A stretch of DNA of 63,977 nt, filler included. It is 8 parts of 8 records of this genome, joined end to end, with 100 filler letters (N's around TTAATTAATTAA, not from the genome) between each part and the next. Parts side by side here need not be neighbours in the genome. Positions count along the whole stretch, not along the records: positions 1 to 5,354 come from SRR31147125_12320; positions 5,455 to 15,320 come from SRR31147125_12329; 6 more parts are not named here. The stretch is one strand, 5' to 3'. Under the pieces are notes generated by a model. That model was not told the origin of the DNA. It did not search any database and saw only the letters and a program-made list of their open reading frames with translations. Both the position numbers and the translations under genes were made by a program. Positions within the stretch are counted from its first letter, which is position 1; the number at the start of each line of letters is the position of its first letter. Below are positions 1 to 10,313 of the stretch, piece by piece.

Positions 1-792
1 TTTTGCCGCACTTCTGGCTGTTCCATTTCTGGCACCGTTTTTTTCCTGATTACCGTAGCTCTGAAGACTGCGGATGAGTACCGGAAATTTCCAATCGGTT
101 TTCCTAAGACCATCACCTTTGAGCATATCGCCAATGCATGGGAGCGGGCTAATCTCGGCCATGCCCTTGTTAACTCCCTTACCGTAAGTGTTCTGGCAGT
201 GGGGGTAGCCGCACTACTGAGTCTGTCCGCGGCATTCTGGTTTATTCAATTTAAAAAACCCTGGACTGCACGATTGCGGGGATTAATGATGTTTGGCTAT
301 GCTTTTCCGGCAGTAATCTGGTTGATTCCCCTATTTGTCATACTTGCCAGGACCGGTTTGACCAATAATCTATTCATACTTGGCTCTCTCTATGGTATTT
401 CAAATCTCCCCTTCGGGTTGTACCTAATGTATACCTTTTATAAGCAGACATTAAGAACTGAGATAATTGAGGCTGCGACAATTGACGGTGCAGGGATAAT
501 GAAACAGTTCACATCAATAGCCATTCCCCTTACACTCCCAGCCTTGAGCGCATTAGCAGCACTGGTATTTGTCTGGTCATTCGGGGATCTCCTTTTTGCG
601 GTCACCTTACTGCAGGATGCAGCTAAGTGGACATTACCCATGGCGGCTGCCACACTAGTAAGTTCCCAGAGAATAACAGCTCAGGCCCAGGCCGCTGCAG
701 CCTTTGTCGCACTGTGTCCCAGTCTTCTGGTTGTGATTTTTGCACAGAAGGCATTAGTTCGCGGCTTTGGCGGAGGAGCAAGCAAGGGGTGA
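1..792 (+). CDS. Carbohydrate/nucleoside ABC transporter permease (MalG-like), 5' truncated
   Basis: EAA loop (EIIEAATIDGAG) and C-terminal QKALVRG; hydrophobic; frame open to the window edge, with an apparent slip at the T run near 38-45. Confidence 0.85.
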   Translation, partial: FCRTSGCSISGTVFFLITVALKTADEYRKFPIGFPKTITFEHIANAWERANLGHALVNSLTVSVLAVGVAALLSLSAAFWFIQFKKPWTARLRGLMMFGYAFPAVIWLIPLFVILARTGLTNNLFILGSLYGISNLPFGLYLMYTFYKQTLRTEIIEAATIDGAGIMKQFTSIAIPLTLPALSALAALVFVWSFGDLLFAVTLLQDAAKWTLPMAAATLVSSQRITAQAQAAAAFVALCPSLLVVIFAQKALVRGFGGGASKG

Positions 793-2090
793 AAAACTTG
801 GGCAACAGATATAAAGTTTTCAGTGCTGATATCATTCTGCCAATCACATCTCCCCCTATGAGCGATGCCTCTATCGTAGTAGAGGATGACCAAATAGTAG
901 ATTTCGGGAAAAGAGATCAAATACTGGTAAAATGGGATCTTTGTGAAGAGCTCAGATGGTCGGGAGTACTCATTCCAGGCCTGGTAAATGCCCATACACA
1001 TCTACAGTATACAAGCTTTCTGGAGCTTGGGCAGGCTGTGCACAACAGTTATGAGGAATGGTGCATGGTATTCGATAAGATGTACCGATCCAAGGATACC
1101 ACAGAGGATTGGCATGCCGTGGCACTCGAAGGAGCTGAGATTTCATTAGCATATGGTACAACCACTATCGCTGATATAAGCACCCACCCTGAAGTTGTCA
1201 GTGTTCTATCTACCGCAAATATCGGTGGGTACTCTTTCTTAGAGGTAATGGGTGACAGCTGGGAGGAATGGAATAACGGCACCAGGTGTAAGTTCCTGGA
1301 ACACCTTGATAAGAGTATTTCTGGAACTGAAGCAAGTGTACATATTGGTATTTCACCCCATGCTCCCTACAGTCTGGATACAGCTGTTATGGAGGACTTG
1401 GTTAAAATTGCGGAAGAGTATGACTTAAGGCTCCATACCCATTTAGCAGAATCGGAATTTGAAGATGATTACAGTATGAGTGCGAAAGGCCCATTGGCTG
1501 AGATGGTTGCCTCTATCTGGCCTGATTTCCAGATTGTGAAAGATGGCGGAACAAAATTGACTACTACAGAGTTTACCTGTATGACGGGTCAGTTTAATGG
1601 GAACAGTCATGTTGCCCATGGTATCTATGTCAGTGAAAGTGACCGGTCTATTCTAAAGAATACAAATACACCGGTAGCTCTCTGCCCAAGGTCCAATATA
1701 ACTATCGGCTTGAAAGCTCCCCCAATTGCCAGTTACCTGAAAGAGGGAAATCCCATAGCAATAGGTACAGACTCACTCTCCTCTTGCCCCTCACTGGATT
1801 TGATGGAAGATGTTGTACTGCTCAGGAAGTTGGCTGTCCAACAGGGTTATCAGGATAGTGACCTTGATAGCCGCTTGCTTTATGCAGCAACGATGGGCGG
1901 AGCAATAAGTTTAGGAATGGATGATACCAATAAGGGTGTTGGCTCTATTGAAAAAGGAAAACTTGCTAATTTTGCTGTTTTTGACCTTTCAAGCTCTGAA
2001 TCCGATGCTGAAACAGTATTGGTTAAAGAGGGAGCAGGGAAGTGCATCGCAACAATTATCTCTGGTGTAATTCGTTATACAAAGAATTAG
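789..2090 (+). CDS. Amidohydrolase-family nucleoside deaminase (MTA/SAH or aminodeoxyfutalosine deaminase-like)
   Basis: PGLVNAHTH, SPHAPYS, HTHLAES, HG and GTDS metal-site motifs; start re-called to GTG 789, overlapping the permease stop (GTGA). Confidence 0.8.
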   Translation: MKNLGNRYKVFSADIILPITSPPMSDASIVVEDDQIVDFGKRDQILVKWDLCEELRWSGVLIPGLVNAHTHLQYTSFLELGQAVHNSYEEWCMVFDKMYRSKDTTEDWHAVALEGAEISLAYGTTTIADISTHPEVVSVLSTANIGGYSFLEVMGDSWEEWNNGTRCKFLEHLDKSISGTEASVHIGISPHAPYSLDTAVMEDLVKIAEEYDLRLHTHLAESEFEDDYSMSAKGPLAEMVASIWPDFQIVKDGGTKLTTTEFTCMTGQFNGNSHVAHGIYVSESDRSILKNTNTPVALCPRSNITIGLKAPPIASYLKEGNPIAIGTDSLSSCPSLDLMEDVVLLRKLAVQQGYQDSDLDSRLLYAATMGGAISLGMDDTNKGVGSIEKGKLANFAVFDLSSSESDAETVLVKEGAGKCIATIISGVIRYTKN

Positions 2091-2118
2091 ATTTACCTAT
2101 ATTTCAAATCAAATAAGG

Positions 2119-2838
2119 ATGGATACAATGGCTACACCACATATCGAGGCAAATCCTGGGGATGTTGCCGGAACAGTACTTATGCCCGGCGACCCGCTGC
2201 GAGCGAAGTATATAGCGGAAAAATTTCTGGAAAATAGTAAACAGTTTAATCGTGTAAGGGGAATGCTTGGCTTCACGGGTACATACAGAGGTAACCGTAT
2301 ATCCGTTATGGGGCATGGAATGGGGCAGCCGTCTATTGGTATTTATAGCTATGAACTGTATAAGTTCTTCAATGTAGAAAATATAATCAGGGTAGGTTCA
2401 TGTGGAGCTTTTACTGAAGATTTGGATTTATTCGATATTCTGCTTGTTGAAGAGGCATATACTGATTCCACATACGCAAAGATTCAATGTGGAAATACTA
2501 AGAATATACTGAAACCATCACTGGGCTTATTGGAGAAATTAGAGAATACAGCAGATCAGCTTGGAATGTTAGTGAAAAAGGGACGGGTAGATTCCAGTGA
2601 TGTTTTTTACAATGAAGATGCCGATAGTTTTAAGAGATTAAGAGATGAAGAGGGCTGCCTCGCTGTCGAGATGGAATCTTTTGCTTTATTCAGTAATGCG
2701 ATTACCTTAGGGAAGAAGGCTGCCTGTATACTAACTGTTTCAGATCATTTTCTTTCTGAAAGGAAAGCAAGCTCATCAGAAAGAGAAACCGGATTCAATA
2801 AGATGATTACACTCGCCCTTGAGACAGCTGTACATTAG
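2119..2838 (+). CDS. deoD: Purine nucleoside phosphorylase, DeoD type
   Basis: TPHI, MPGDPLRAKYIA, GHGMGQPSIGIYSYEL, RVGSCG and VEMES motifs. Confidence 0.95.
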   Translation: MDTMATPHIEANPGDVAGTVLMPGDPLRAKYIAEKFLENSKQFNRVRGMLGFTGTYRGNRISVMGHGMGQPSIGIYSYELYKFFNVENIIRVGSCGAFTEDLDLFDILLVEEAYTDSTYAKIQCGNTKNILKPSLGLLEKLENTADQLGMLVKKGRVDSSDVFYNEDADSFKRLRDEEGCLAVEMESFALFSNAITLGKKAACILTVSDHFLSERKASSSERETGFNKMITLALETAVH

Positions 2839-2925
2839 GGTATTCTGCTGCAGGAATATGAAATAATCTTCTTCTTTTCACAGAAAGTAGATATAGGCTT
2901 TCGTGGCTAGTGACGCCTGTGAAGC

Positions 2926-3516
2926 TCAAATGTTCAGCAGGGCTGCAGTAAGTTGCTTAATCTCTTCTATAGTAAACTGATAATCAACACCAGGCTCTTC
3001 CATGATAACCTGGATTCCGTAGGCATCAAGCAATGCAACTAAACCTCTGGCTATTACCAGGGAATCTAGATCAGGAGAGAATAACTTTATCTCTATTCCT
3101 TTGTTAATAATACCTACCAGAAAGCTGACCTGATGCTGGTGCAGCATTGCAGACATTTTACTATAGGTCTTCGCAAATCTCGGCTCTCCAGAGAATTGAT
3201 ACATGATAACCGAATCGATATCATCCACGCCAAACGGGACTGATAAATCAATATATCTCTTCAACTGATTCCATGGGGTGTCAATTTTTTCTATTAATTT
3301 ACTTTTATCAATATAGCTCTCAATTGTGCGAATATATACATCTTCAAGTAATTCATCCAAATCCGGGAAGTAATAGCTTACCGCAGGGCCGGTGACCCCA
3401 GCCTCTTCAGCGATATCCATTCTTCTCAAGGTGCTGATGCCCCTTTTTGCTATTGCCCTTTGAGCGGCTCTAATTAAGTCTTTTTTTCTCTTATCCTGGT
3501 TTTTTGGACGGGCCAT
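2926..3516 (-). CDS. TetR-family regulator (BetI-like C-terminal domain)
   Basis: MARPK start; HTH DIAEEAGVTGPAVSYYF. Confidence 0.9.
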   Translation of the reverse strand: MARPKNQDKRKKDLIRAAQRAIAKRGISTLRRMDIAEEAGVTGPAVSYYFPDLDELLEDVYIRTIESYIDKSKLIEKIDTPWNQLKRYIDLSVPFGVDDIDSVIMYQFSGEPRFAKTYSKMSAMLHQHQVSFLVGIINKGIEIKLFSPDLDSLVIARGLVALLDAYGIQVIMEEPGVDYQFTIEEIKQLTAALLNI

Positions 3517-4005
3517 TTATTTTTTCTCATTTCATTACTTAGATAATTTATACTATTTATACAAATTGAGTTTGCTTACTAGCAATTTATTGCAAAGTAT
3601 AGCATACCATCCAGATGCCGCCAAGAGTTTAGGAAATCTCAGCGGTTGCGAGGTTGGTAATATAAGAGGAAATTACTTCATCTATAATTGCTATATCACG
3701 ATTGGGGATTGCTACTCTGGTACTGATTGGACTCTCTTTTTTAAACCAGCTGCTGCAGTCTCCATTGCTAAAAAGCATGCAGCCATAGAGCAAACCAAGG
3801 GAGTTGTTTTAGAATATGATGATGGCTCTCGTATCAGTAAATCTGGAAGCAATGCCATCCCTTCAAATTGGGAAAGATTCATTATTTAAGCATGGTATTT
3901 AAACATATATTAAAGAGTGTTTGGCAATATAAATATGAGTTTTGATAGCAAAATGATGTTAATATTTTGAGAATCTGCATTTACAGGTTTTTAAAGCAAT
4001 ATAGG

Positions 4006-4027
4006 TGTACGCAAATTGTACGCAAAT
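4006..4027. repeat. Perfect tandem 11-bp direct repeat TGTACGCAAAT x2 (integrase arm-site-like)
   Basis: Seen directly about 100 nt beyond the tRNA 3' end; function is inferred. Confidence 0.6.
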
Positions 4028-4043
4028 GCCTTCATTTTGACCC

Positions 4044-4079
4044 AAAAAAGGCCGTTTTCTCAATTTGGAAAATCGGCCT
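4044..4079 (-). terminator. Intrinsic terminator downstream of tRNA-Cys
   Basis: AGGCCGATTTTC...GAAAACGGCCT followed by a T tract on the minus strand. Confidence 0.7.
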
Positions 4080-4126
4080 AATTCTTTACTATTTCAAGAC
4101 TTACAAGAAAACTTAAAAGTTCGAAT

Positions 4127-4198
4127 AGGCGCCGACCGGATTCGAACCGGTGCATAAAGGTTTTGCAGACCTCTCCCTTACCACTTGGGTACGGCGCC
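4127..4198 (-). tRNA. tRNA-Cys (GCA)
   Basis: GGCGCCG acceptor stem, AAGTGGTAA D loop, GAGGT-CTGCAAA-ACCTT anticodon arm, GGTTCGAATCC T arm, U discriminator; CCA not encoded. Confidence 0.97.
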
Positions 4199-4264
4199 GT
4201 TGCGGTTTCATACAGTATCAGAAATGCTTTGTTAGTTCAAGAGATTGTGATATGCTTTCAGTTC

Positions 4265-5354
4265 ATGGAATCCAAACCCTCAGAAAAACCTGCGGTGCTG
4301 CTGATCCAGCCTCCAATATATGATTTTGCACTCTATGATCTGTTCTTCAAACCCTATGGATTAATGCGGTTGGGAAGATGGTTTTCCGAAAGCGGATATG
4401 CCGTTTCCTGGGTTAACGCGCTGGATTGGAATAACTCGGAAGGTGAGCAGCTGCTTGGTACCCCTAAGCGTAAAAAGAATGGCACGGGCAAGTTTTTCAA
4501 ACAGCACGTTGCGCTGCCGAAGGGAATCTCACGGATACCCCGCCGGTACAGCCGCTATGGCTTGCCGCGGAACGTTCTGGAAAAGCAGATCAGATCAGCA
4601 ACAGCCGATATTGTCTGTATCACCTCCGGTATGACCTACTGGTACCATGGAGTCGCGGAAACAGTTCAAATTGTACGTGAATCTCTTCCAAACGCTAAAA
4701 TAGTTGTGGGTGGTATATACGCTACTCTTATGCCCGACCATGCAGATGAAAAGGTCGCTGCCGATCTTATAGTAACTGGTGACGGGGAAGATCAATTACG
4801 GAATTTTTTAACAGCAGAAGGCTATATCCCGCCGGAAAAACCAATACCTGCCTATCCCGATGCAGGAATTCTGCCGGATACAATTATCGGCCAGTCCGGA
4901 GCTGTCAGGCTCAATATCGGGTGTCCCATGCACTGCGACTATTGTGCTTCCAACCGGATCAGCCCCACCTTCAAACAGGGTGATCCGGATTCAGCTTTTT
5001 CCTATGTAAGTGAGCTGCATACAAAGTTTGATATACATAACTTTGGTTTCTATGATGATGCACTCCTGGTCAATAAAGAACAGGTTTTACTACCACTTCT
5101 GGAAAAAGTTATTGAATCTGGATACGATCTCTCATTCTATACACCAAATGCCGTGCATGTTCGGTATATAGATAAGGAAAGCGCAAGATTGATGCGTCGT
5201 TCAGGTTTCAAGGAGGTTCGCATGGGGTACGAATCAGAAGCCGAAGAATTTCATGAGAAACATGATCAGAAATTTCTGCCGGATGATTTCGCCCATTCAC
5301 TGCAGCATCTGCACGCGGCAGGATATTCACCAGCCGAACTACCGGTCTACATCT
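4265..5354 (+). CDS. B12-binding-domain radical SAM protein, 3' truncated
   Basis: CPMHCDYC (CxxxCxxC), PYGL, GGIYATL and FYDD motifs; start re-called to ATG 4265 because the track start overlaps the tRNA. Confidence 0.85.
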
Positions 5355-5454
5355 NNNNNNNNNNNNNNNNNNNNNNNNNNNNNNNNNNNNNNNNNNNNTT
5401 AATTAATTAANNNNNNNNNNNNNNNNNNNNNNNNNNNNNNNNNNNNNNNNNNNN
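5355..5454. other. Artificial contig linker (also at 15321-15420, 21724-21823, 37012-37111, 45906-46005, 51608-51707, 58648-58747)
   Basis: N44-TTAATTAATTAA-N44 with stops in all six frames; genes are truncated at the linkers. Confidence 0.99.
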
Positions 5455-6143
5455 AAAAAATACATTGGAGAGATCACATTTGGAGATAAAACAGACACTC
5501 AGGATAGCTATGGACAAATAGTTGAGTCTGATAATAAAACCATCTCTATTCATATGCTAAAAACTGTTATTCCAAAATTCTTAGGCACTATTGATCAAAC
5601 TCCTTCAAAATATTCCGCTATAAGAGTCGATGGAAAAAAAGCATATGAGCTTGCAAGGTCGGGCAAGGATGTTGTTTTAAAAAGCAGAAAAGTTCATATT
5701 TATGATATTAAAGTACTAGATCAAACAGGTGACAATTGTTTTTTGATTGAAGTTTGTTGTTCAAAAGGTACATATATACGTGCTCTTTTTGAGGATATAG
5801 GAGAAAAACTAAATACATGCGCATATATGTCTTTTTTACAGCGCCAGGAATCAGGCGGTTTTAAAGCATGTAATTGTTTTACTGCTGATGAAATTACTGA
5901 TATGGTAAAGCAAGGCAATTATAATTTTTTAATTGATATTCCAAACTCAATTAAGGAATATGAGCGGATTGATGTTATAGATTCTCATTACAAAAAAATA
6001 GCCAATGGGCTTGCAGCCAGTTATGTTGGTGAACAAAAAAAGAAAACATCTCATATAGAGTTTACTGTAAAAACGAGTTTTTTGGGTTAGGAAGTGTTTT
6101 AAATAACACAGTAAAGCTCAATACTCATCTTAAAGAGGGTTAA
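5455..6143 (+). CDS. truB: tRNA pseudouridine-55 synthase, 5' truncated, frameshift near 6035-6045
   Basis: TDTQD, PSKYSAIRVDGKKAYELAR and CSKGTYIRAL; C-terminus continues in a shifted frame (YRVYCKNEFLGLG); upstream of ribF. Confidence 0.92.
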
Positions 6144-6148
6144 TAGTT

Positions 6149-7078
6149 GTGAAGATAATAGATAAAAATAGCAAGCTGACCGACGAAGGTGTGGTGCTTT
6201 GCCTAGGGACCTTTGATGGGCTACATATTGGTCATAAAAGCTTGGTTCAACGCGCAATTAAAATTTCTAAACAAAATGGATATAAAACATGTGTCTATAC
6301 ATTCGAAAACATTCCTGCTATTTTTTTTCATCAATATAAAGATAATATTTCTTTATTTACTGTATCAGAAAAAATCGAATCATTTAAAAGCACTGGTATA
6401 GATTACCTTTGGATTGATGAATTTTCAAATCAAGTTGCAAATATAGAGTGTGAAGCCTTTATAAAATACTTGATCTCTGTATTGAAAATAAAGCATATTG
6501 TAGTAGGGTTTAATTATAAATTTGGAAAAGATGCTAAAGGAAAATCTCAAGATTTGATTACCTTAGGTGAAAAATACGACTTTAAGGTAAGTGTAATCGA
6601 ACCCATAAAGTGCAATTTAATTACTATTAGCAGTACAGAAATTAGAAAAAATATCTCGAATGGAAATATTGAAATTGCTAATAAGATGTTAGGCAGACAC
6701 TATCAAATTGGCGGGAAAATTATTCGCGGATTAAAAAACGGTACTAAAATTAACTATCCAACTATTAACATAGATTATAACACACATAAGGTGTCACCAA
6801 AGTTTGGAGTTTATGCTACACTCACAAAGATATTTGGCGATACTTACTATTCGATTACAAATGTAGGAAACAATCCAACGATTCCAGGAGAAAGAAAAAC
6901 AACCATAGAAACAAATATATTCGAATTTGATAAAGTATGTTATGATGAGTATGCCGATATAGAGTTTCTTCACTTTGTTAGAGCAGAGGAGCATTTTTCT
7001 GGCTTAACAGAGCTAAGAGACCAAATTAATAAAGATGTTGAATATGTAAAAAACTACTTTGAAAGGACTTTTATCTAA
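6149..7078 (+). CDS. ribF: Bifunctional riboflavin kinase/FAD synthetase
   Basis: GTFDGLHIGH, ISSTEIR, YPTIN and NVGNNPT motifs. Confidence 0.95.
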   Translation: MKIIDKNSKLTDEGVVLCLGTFDGLHIGHKSLVQRAIKISKQNGYKTCVYTFENIPAIFFHQYKDNISLFTVSEKIESFKSTGIDYLWIDEFSNQVANIECEAFIKYLISVLKIKHIVVGFNYKFGKDAKGKSQDLITLGEKYDFKVSVIEPIKCNLITISSTEIRKNISNGNIEIANKMLGRHYQIGGKIIRGLKNGTKINYPTINIDYNTHKVSPKFGVYATLTKIFGDTYYSITNVGNNPTIPGERKTTIETNIFEFDKVCYDEYADIEFLHFVRAEEHFSGLTELRDQINKDVEYVKNYFERTFI

Positions 7079-7602
7079 TGGAAGCATTGAAATGTATTTA
7101 TTCAAGGAGAAGTATCCGAGATTATGTTTTGGGTAAAGAAGTTGAAAAGGAATTAGTGGATGATTTATTAAAAGCCGCTTGCAGTTCTCCTAGCGCAAAA
7201 AACAAGAAACCGTGGGAATTTATTGTTATAAAAAACAGAGACACCATTGAAAAACTTGCTACTACATGCCCATACTATGTAAAGCCACTAAAAAATGCTC
7301 CTTTAGCAATTGCAGTAGTATTTGAAAAAAATCCAGAGGATAAATCAAATATGGAGCAATACAAGTATCAAGATTGCGCTATAGCTACTCAAAATATAAT
7401 GTTAGCGGCAACTGCGAATGGATTAGGTTCGTGTTATATGGGCGGACTTTTGGATGAAAAAAGCATGAATAAGGTCAATGAAATACTAGATTTACCTGAA
7501 AATATTGAATTTTTCTCTTTGATATCAATAGGGTATAGTAACGAAGAAAAAACGCCTAAAGGTCTTATTAGAGAAGAAAAAGTACACTACGAAAGATATT
7601 AA
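7078..7602 (+). CDS. Nitroreductase family protein
   Basis: RRSIR, PSAKNKKPWEF and NIMLAATANGLGSC. Confidence 0.9.
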   Translation: MEALKCIYSRRSIRDYVLGKEVEKELVDDLLKAACSSPSAKNKKPWEFIVIKNRDTIEKLATTCPYYVKPLKNAPLAIAVVFEKNPEDKSNMEQYKYQDCAIATQNIMLAATANGLGSCYMGGLLDEKSMNKVNEILDLPENIEFFSLISIGYSNEEKTPKGLIREEKVHYERY

Positions 7603-7626
7603 ATAAATAATTGTTTAAAAATATGC

Positions 7627-7947
7627 CTATATGGCATATTTTTTATAATAAGCTGCAAACTCACTATAATCTTTTTTATTATTAAAAATAACTTCAAAAG
7701 ACATGCCTTTAATTTCTAGTTTAACACTTAACGTTTTCTCCTTAAAAGATATAGGTATATTTGAAAAATAATCCTGTTTAACATCAATATGAGAATCATA
7801 ATAAAACAAAATAATTTTCTTAGTTGTAATTTCAATTACATTATTCAAACATCTATATGGTTTAATTGGGTTCTCATCATCATCTAGATATCTTTTCGCT
7901 TCGTAAGAAAATCTAAAATAGTTATCTAATAAATCTTGTAAATCCAT
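7627..7947 (-). CDS. Hypothetical protein
   Basis: 106-aa ORF with AAAGGTGA RBS; no recognised motif. Confidence 0.6.
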   Translation of the reverse strand: MDLQDLLDNYFRFSYEAKRYLDDDENPIKPYRCLNNVIEITTKKIILFYYDSHIDVKQDYFSNIPISFKEKTLSVKLEIKGMSFEVIFNNKKDYSEFAAYYKKYAI

Positions 7948-8093
7948 AAAATCACCTTTGTTAAAATTTTATCAAACACATTATAGTACATTTATTTGTT
8001 TTTTTCAATATATAATTAAGCATCTGATAAATTTAATAATAACATATTCTTATAGTGCATATTTATTATTATAAATAATTTTAGGGAGATTAT

Positions 8094-8384
8094 ATGTATC
8101 CACATAAATTTGTGTTTTCTAATAAAATAAAAGGCGATATAATTGCGTCAAACGAACTTTCAAACTCAAAAGTTCTATGTGGCGTTGTTTTTGATAATGA
8201 AAATATCCCTATTAAAGATGCAATTATAAAGGTAGAGCCCTGTGATAGATGCGAAGATGCAGTTTACATTGTTACAGATAAAGACGGAGAATTTATATAT
8301 GGTCCTTTAAAAAGTTCATGCAATATAAATATCAAAGTTTGGGTAGAAAATGTTTACAAAAAAATATTTAGTAAATGTTTCTAA
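8094..8384 (+). CDS. Small carboxypeptidase-regulatory-like (Cna-B/transthyretin fold) protein
   Basis: GVVFD...PIKDAII...TDKDGEFIYGPL pattern; GGGAG RBS. Confidence 0.6.
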   Translation: MYPHKFVFSNKIKGDIIASNELSNSKVLCGVVFDNENIPIKDAIIKVEPCDRCEDAVYIVTDKDGEFIYGPLKSSCNINIKVWVENVYKKIFSKCF

Positions 8385-8447
8385 TAACGTATAAGTATAG
8401 CAAGTAATGATAAAAATATAACAGAGAATATTTTTAGGAGAGATGCT

Positions 8448-8879
8448 ATGCATAATGATGATTTAAAGGTCTTAAACGAAATACACAAGGGTTGCCAGAT
8501 GGCACTTTATTCACTAAACGAACTGATGCCGAAAGCTGAAAACCGCAACATGGTAGAATCAATGGATAAAGCAAAACAACAGTTTTTAAGTTTTAGAGAA
8601 AAGGTGAAATATGAGATCCTACGCTATGGTGAAATACCCGAAGAGATACCTGGTATACAAAAAGTTTCTGCAGCAGCTTCTATTAATCTATCTACTATGT
8701 TCAACAATTCTGCAGAGAACATGTCGGAAATGATAGTAAAAGGTAATAGAATGGGAGAAAAAACCATTAGTGAAGATTTGGACAAGATGAGTGGAATATC
8801 AGATCAGACGTGGACGCTTTGTAATGATTTTATCGATTTACAAAAAAAACAAAAAGAGGAGTTTCATAAATACATGTAA
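8448..8879 (+). CDS. Conserved Clostridia hypothetical protein, probably a ferritin-like helical bundle
   Basis: LNEIHKGCQMA and SEMIVKGNRMG; AGGAG RBS. Confidence 0.6.
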   Translation: MHNDDLKVLNEIHKGCQMALYSLNELMPKAENRNMVESMDKAKQQFLSFREKVKYEILRYGEIPEEIPGIQKVSAAASINLSTMFNNSAENMSEMIVKGNRMGEKTISEDLDKMSGISDQTWTLCNDFIDLQKKQKEEFHKYM

Positions 8880-8967
8880 CAGTTTAAAAATAAGTTTTAT
8901 GATTATCACTTATATATCAGCTTGAATATGATAATGTATACTGGTAAAGGAGTATAAACATCATATC

Positions 8968-9300
8968 ATGCAACGAGGAGATATATATTTTGCGGATTTA
9001 AACCCCGTTGTAGGTTCTGAACAAGGTGGATTTAGGCCAGTTTTAATTGTACAAAATGATGTAGGTAATAAATTTAGTCCTACTGTAATAGTTGCTGCAA
9101 TTACTTCTAAAACTGATAAAACTTTTTTGCCAACGCATATTGAAATTGGCAAAGAATGCGGATTAGAAAAAAGAAGTGTTGTTTTACTAGAACAAATTAG
9201 AACTTTGGATAAAAAAAGAATCTACAAGAAAATTGGAAGAATTGATGAAAACGAACTAAGTAAAATTAACCAAGCATTAGCAATAAGTGTTGGAGTTTAA
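8968..9300 (+). CDS. mazF: PemK/MazF-family endoribonuclease (EndoA-like)
   Basis: RGDIYFADLNPVVGSEQGGFRPVLIVQNDVGN, LPTH and LLEQIRTLDK. Confidence 0.95.
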   Translation: MQRGDIYFADLNPVVGSEQGGFRPVLIVQNDVGNKFSPTVIVAAITSKTDKTFLPTHIEIGKECGLEKRSVVLLEQIRTLDKKRIYKKIGRIDENELSKINQALAISVGV

Positions 9301-9330
9301 TAAATTACTTTTATGACCATATAAAAACTA

Positions 9331-9356
9331 AAAATAGGCGTTTCATGCCTATTTTT
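9331..9356. terminator. Bidirectional intrinsic terminator
   Basis: AAAAATAGGC-GTTTCAT-GCCTATTTTT. Confidence 0.75.
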
Positions 9357-9420
9357 AGATTATATGATATAATTATTTTGCGTGAATATTAAAATCAAAA
9401 ATACAGAGGAAATATATAAA

Positions 9421-10253
9421 ATGAAAAAAAAGTTGGGGAATACTTTCTTATCTTAATTGGAGTTGCATTAACGGCCTTTGGTCTAGATTGTTTTTTAATA
9501 CCAAATAAAATTGCCGCAGGTGGCGTTAGTGGTATTTCTACTATTATCTACCATTTATCTGGGTTTCCAGTCGGAATTAGTATGCTTTTAATCAATATAC
9601 CTTTATTTATAATAGGCGGTAAAGTTGTAGGTAAATCATTTTTTAAAACACTATTTGCCACAATTACACTTTCTGCACTAATAGACTTAATATACCTACC
9701 GGCTATAACGAATGATATTACGCTTGCTACTGTTTACGGTGGTGTTTTATGCGGGGCAGGCTTAGGGCTCGTTATATATGCAGGGAGCACTACTGGCGGA
9801 ACAGATATGGCAGCAAAAATATTGCATCAACTTATTCCTAGAATAAGTGTTGCAACACTTTTATTTATAATCGATCTTTTTGTAGTCATTTTTGCAGCAT
9901 TTGTATTTGACACAACTACTGCACTTTATGCTGTAGCTTCTATATATATTGTGAGCAAAGTTATAGATGTAATACTACAAGGTTATAGAAACGCAAAAGC
10001 ATACTTAATAATTAGTAATAACAGTCTTCAAATAAAACAGGACATTATTGGAGTGATGGATAGGGGAGTCACAATGCTAAAAGCTATTGGCGGATATACA
10101 AATCAAGATAAAAACGTTATCCTGTGTGTAATACGCAGAAACTCCGAAGTAATTAGATTAAAAGAGATTGTAAAGAAAAATGATAAAGACGCTTTTGTTA
10201 TGGCTTTCAATGTAACCGAGGTTTTAGGTGAAGGGTTTGACCCAAATATTTAA
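9421..10253 (+). CDS. YitT family membrane protein (DUF2179 C-terminus), frameshift near 9425-9438
   Basis: PNKIAAGGVSG, STTGGTD, DRGVT and DKDAFV...EVLGEGF; the N-terminus is in another frame after an A run. Confidence 0.88.
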
Positions 10254-10313
10254 ATGTGCTATATTTGTTTAACGTAATAAATACAGCATTTTTTGTGCTG
10301 TAAAGGAGTATAG

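Noticed and set aside
627-788. Cys-rich N-terminal extension on the amidohydrolase
   Set aside because: It overlaps the permease in another frame; the real start is the GTG at 789.
3566-3889. 107-aa ORF between tetR and the tRNA
   Set aside because: TTG start, no RBS and no convincing family. A faint TPR-like stretch (HPDAAKSLGNL) suggests at most a decayed remnant.
4163-4264. Radical SAM ORF overlapping the tRNA antisense
   Set aside because: Over-extended ORF call; ATG 4265 fits the family N-terminus.
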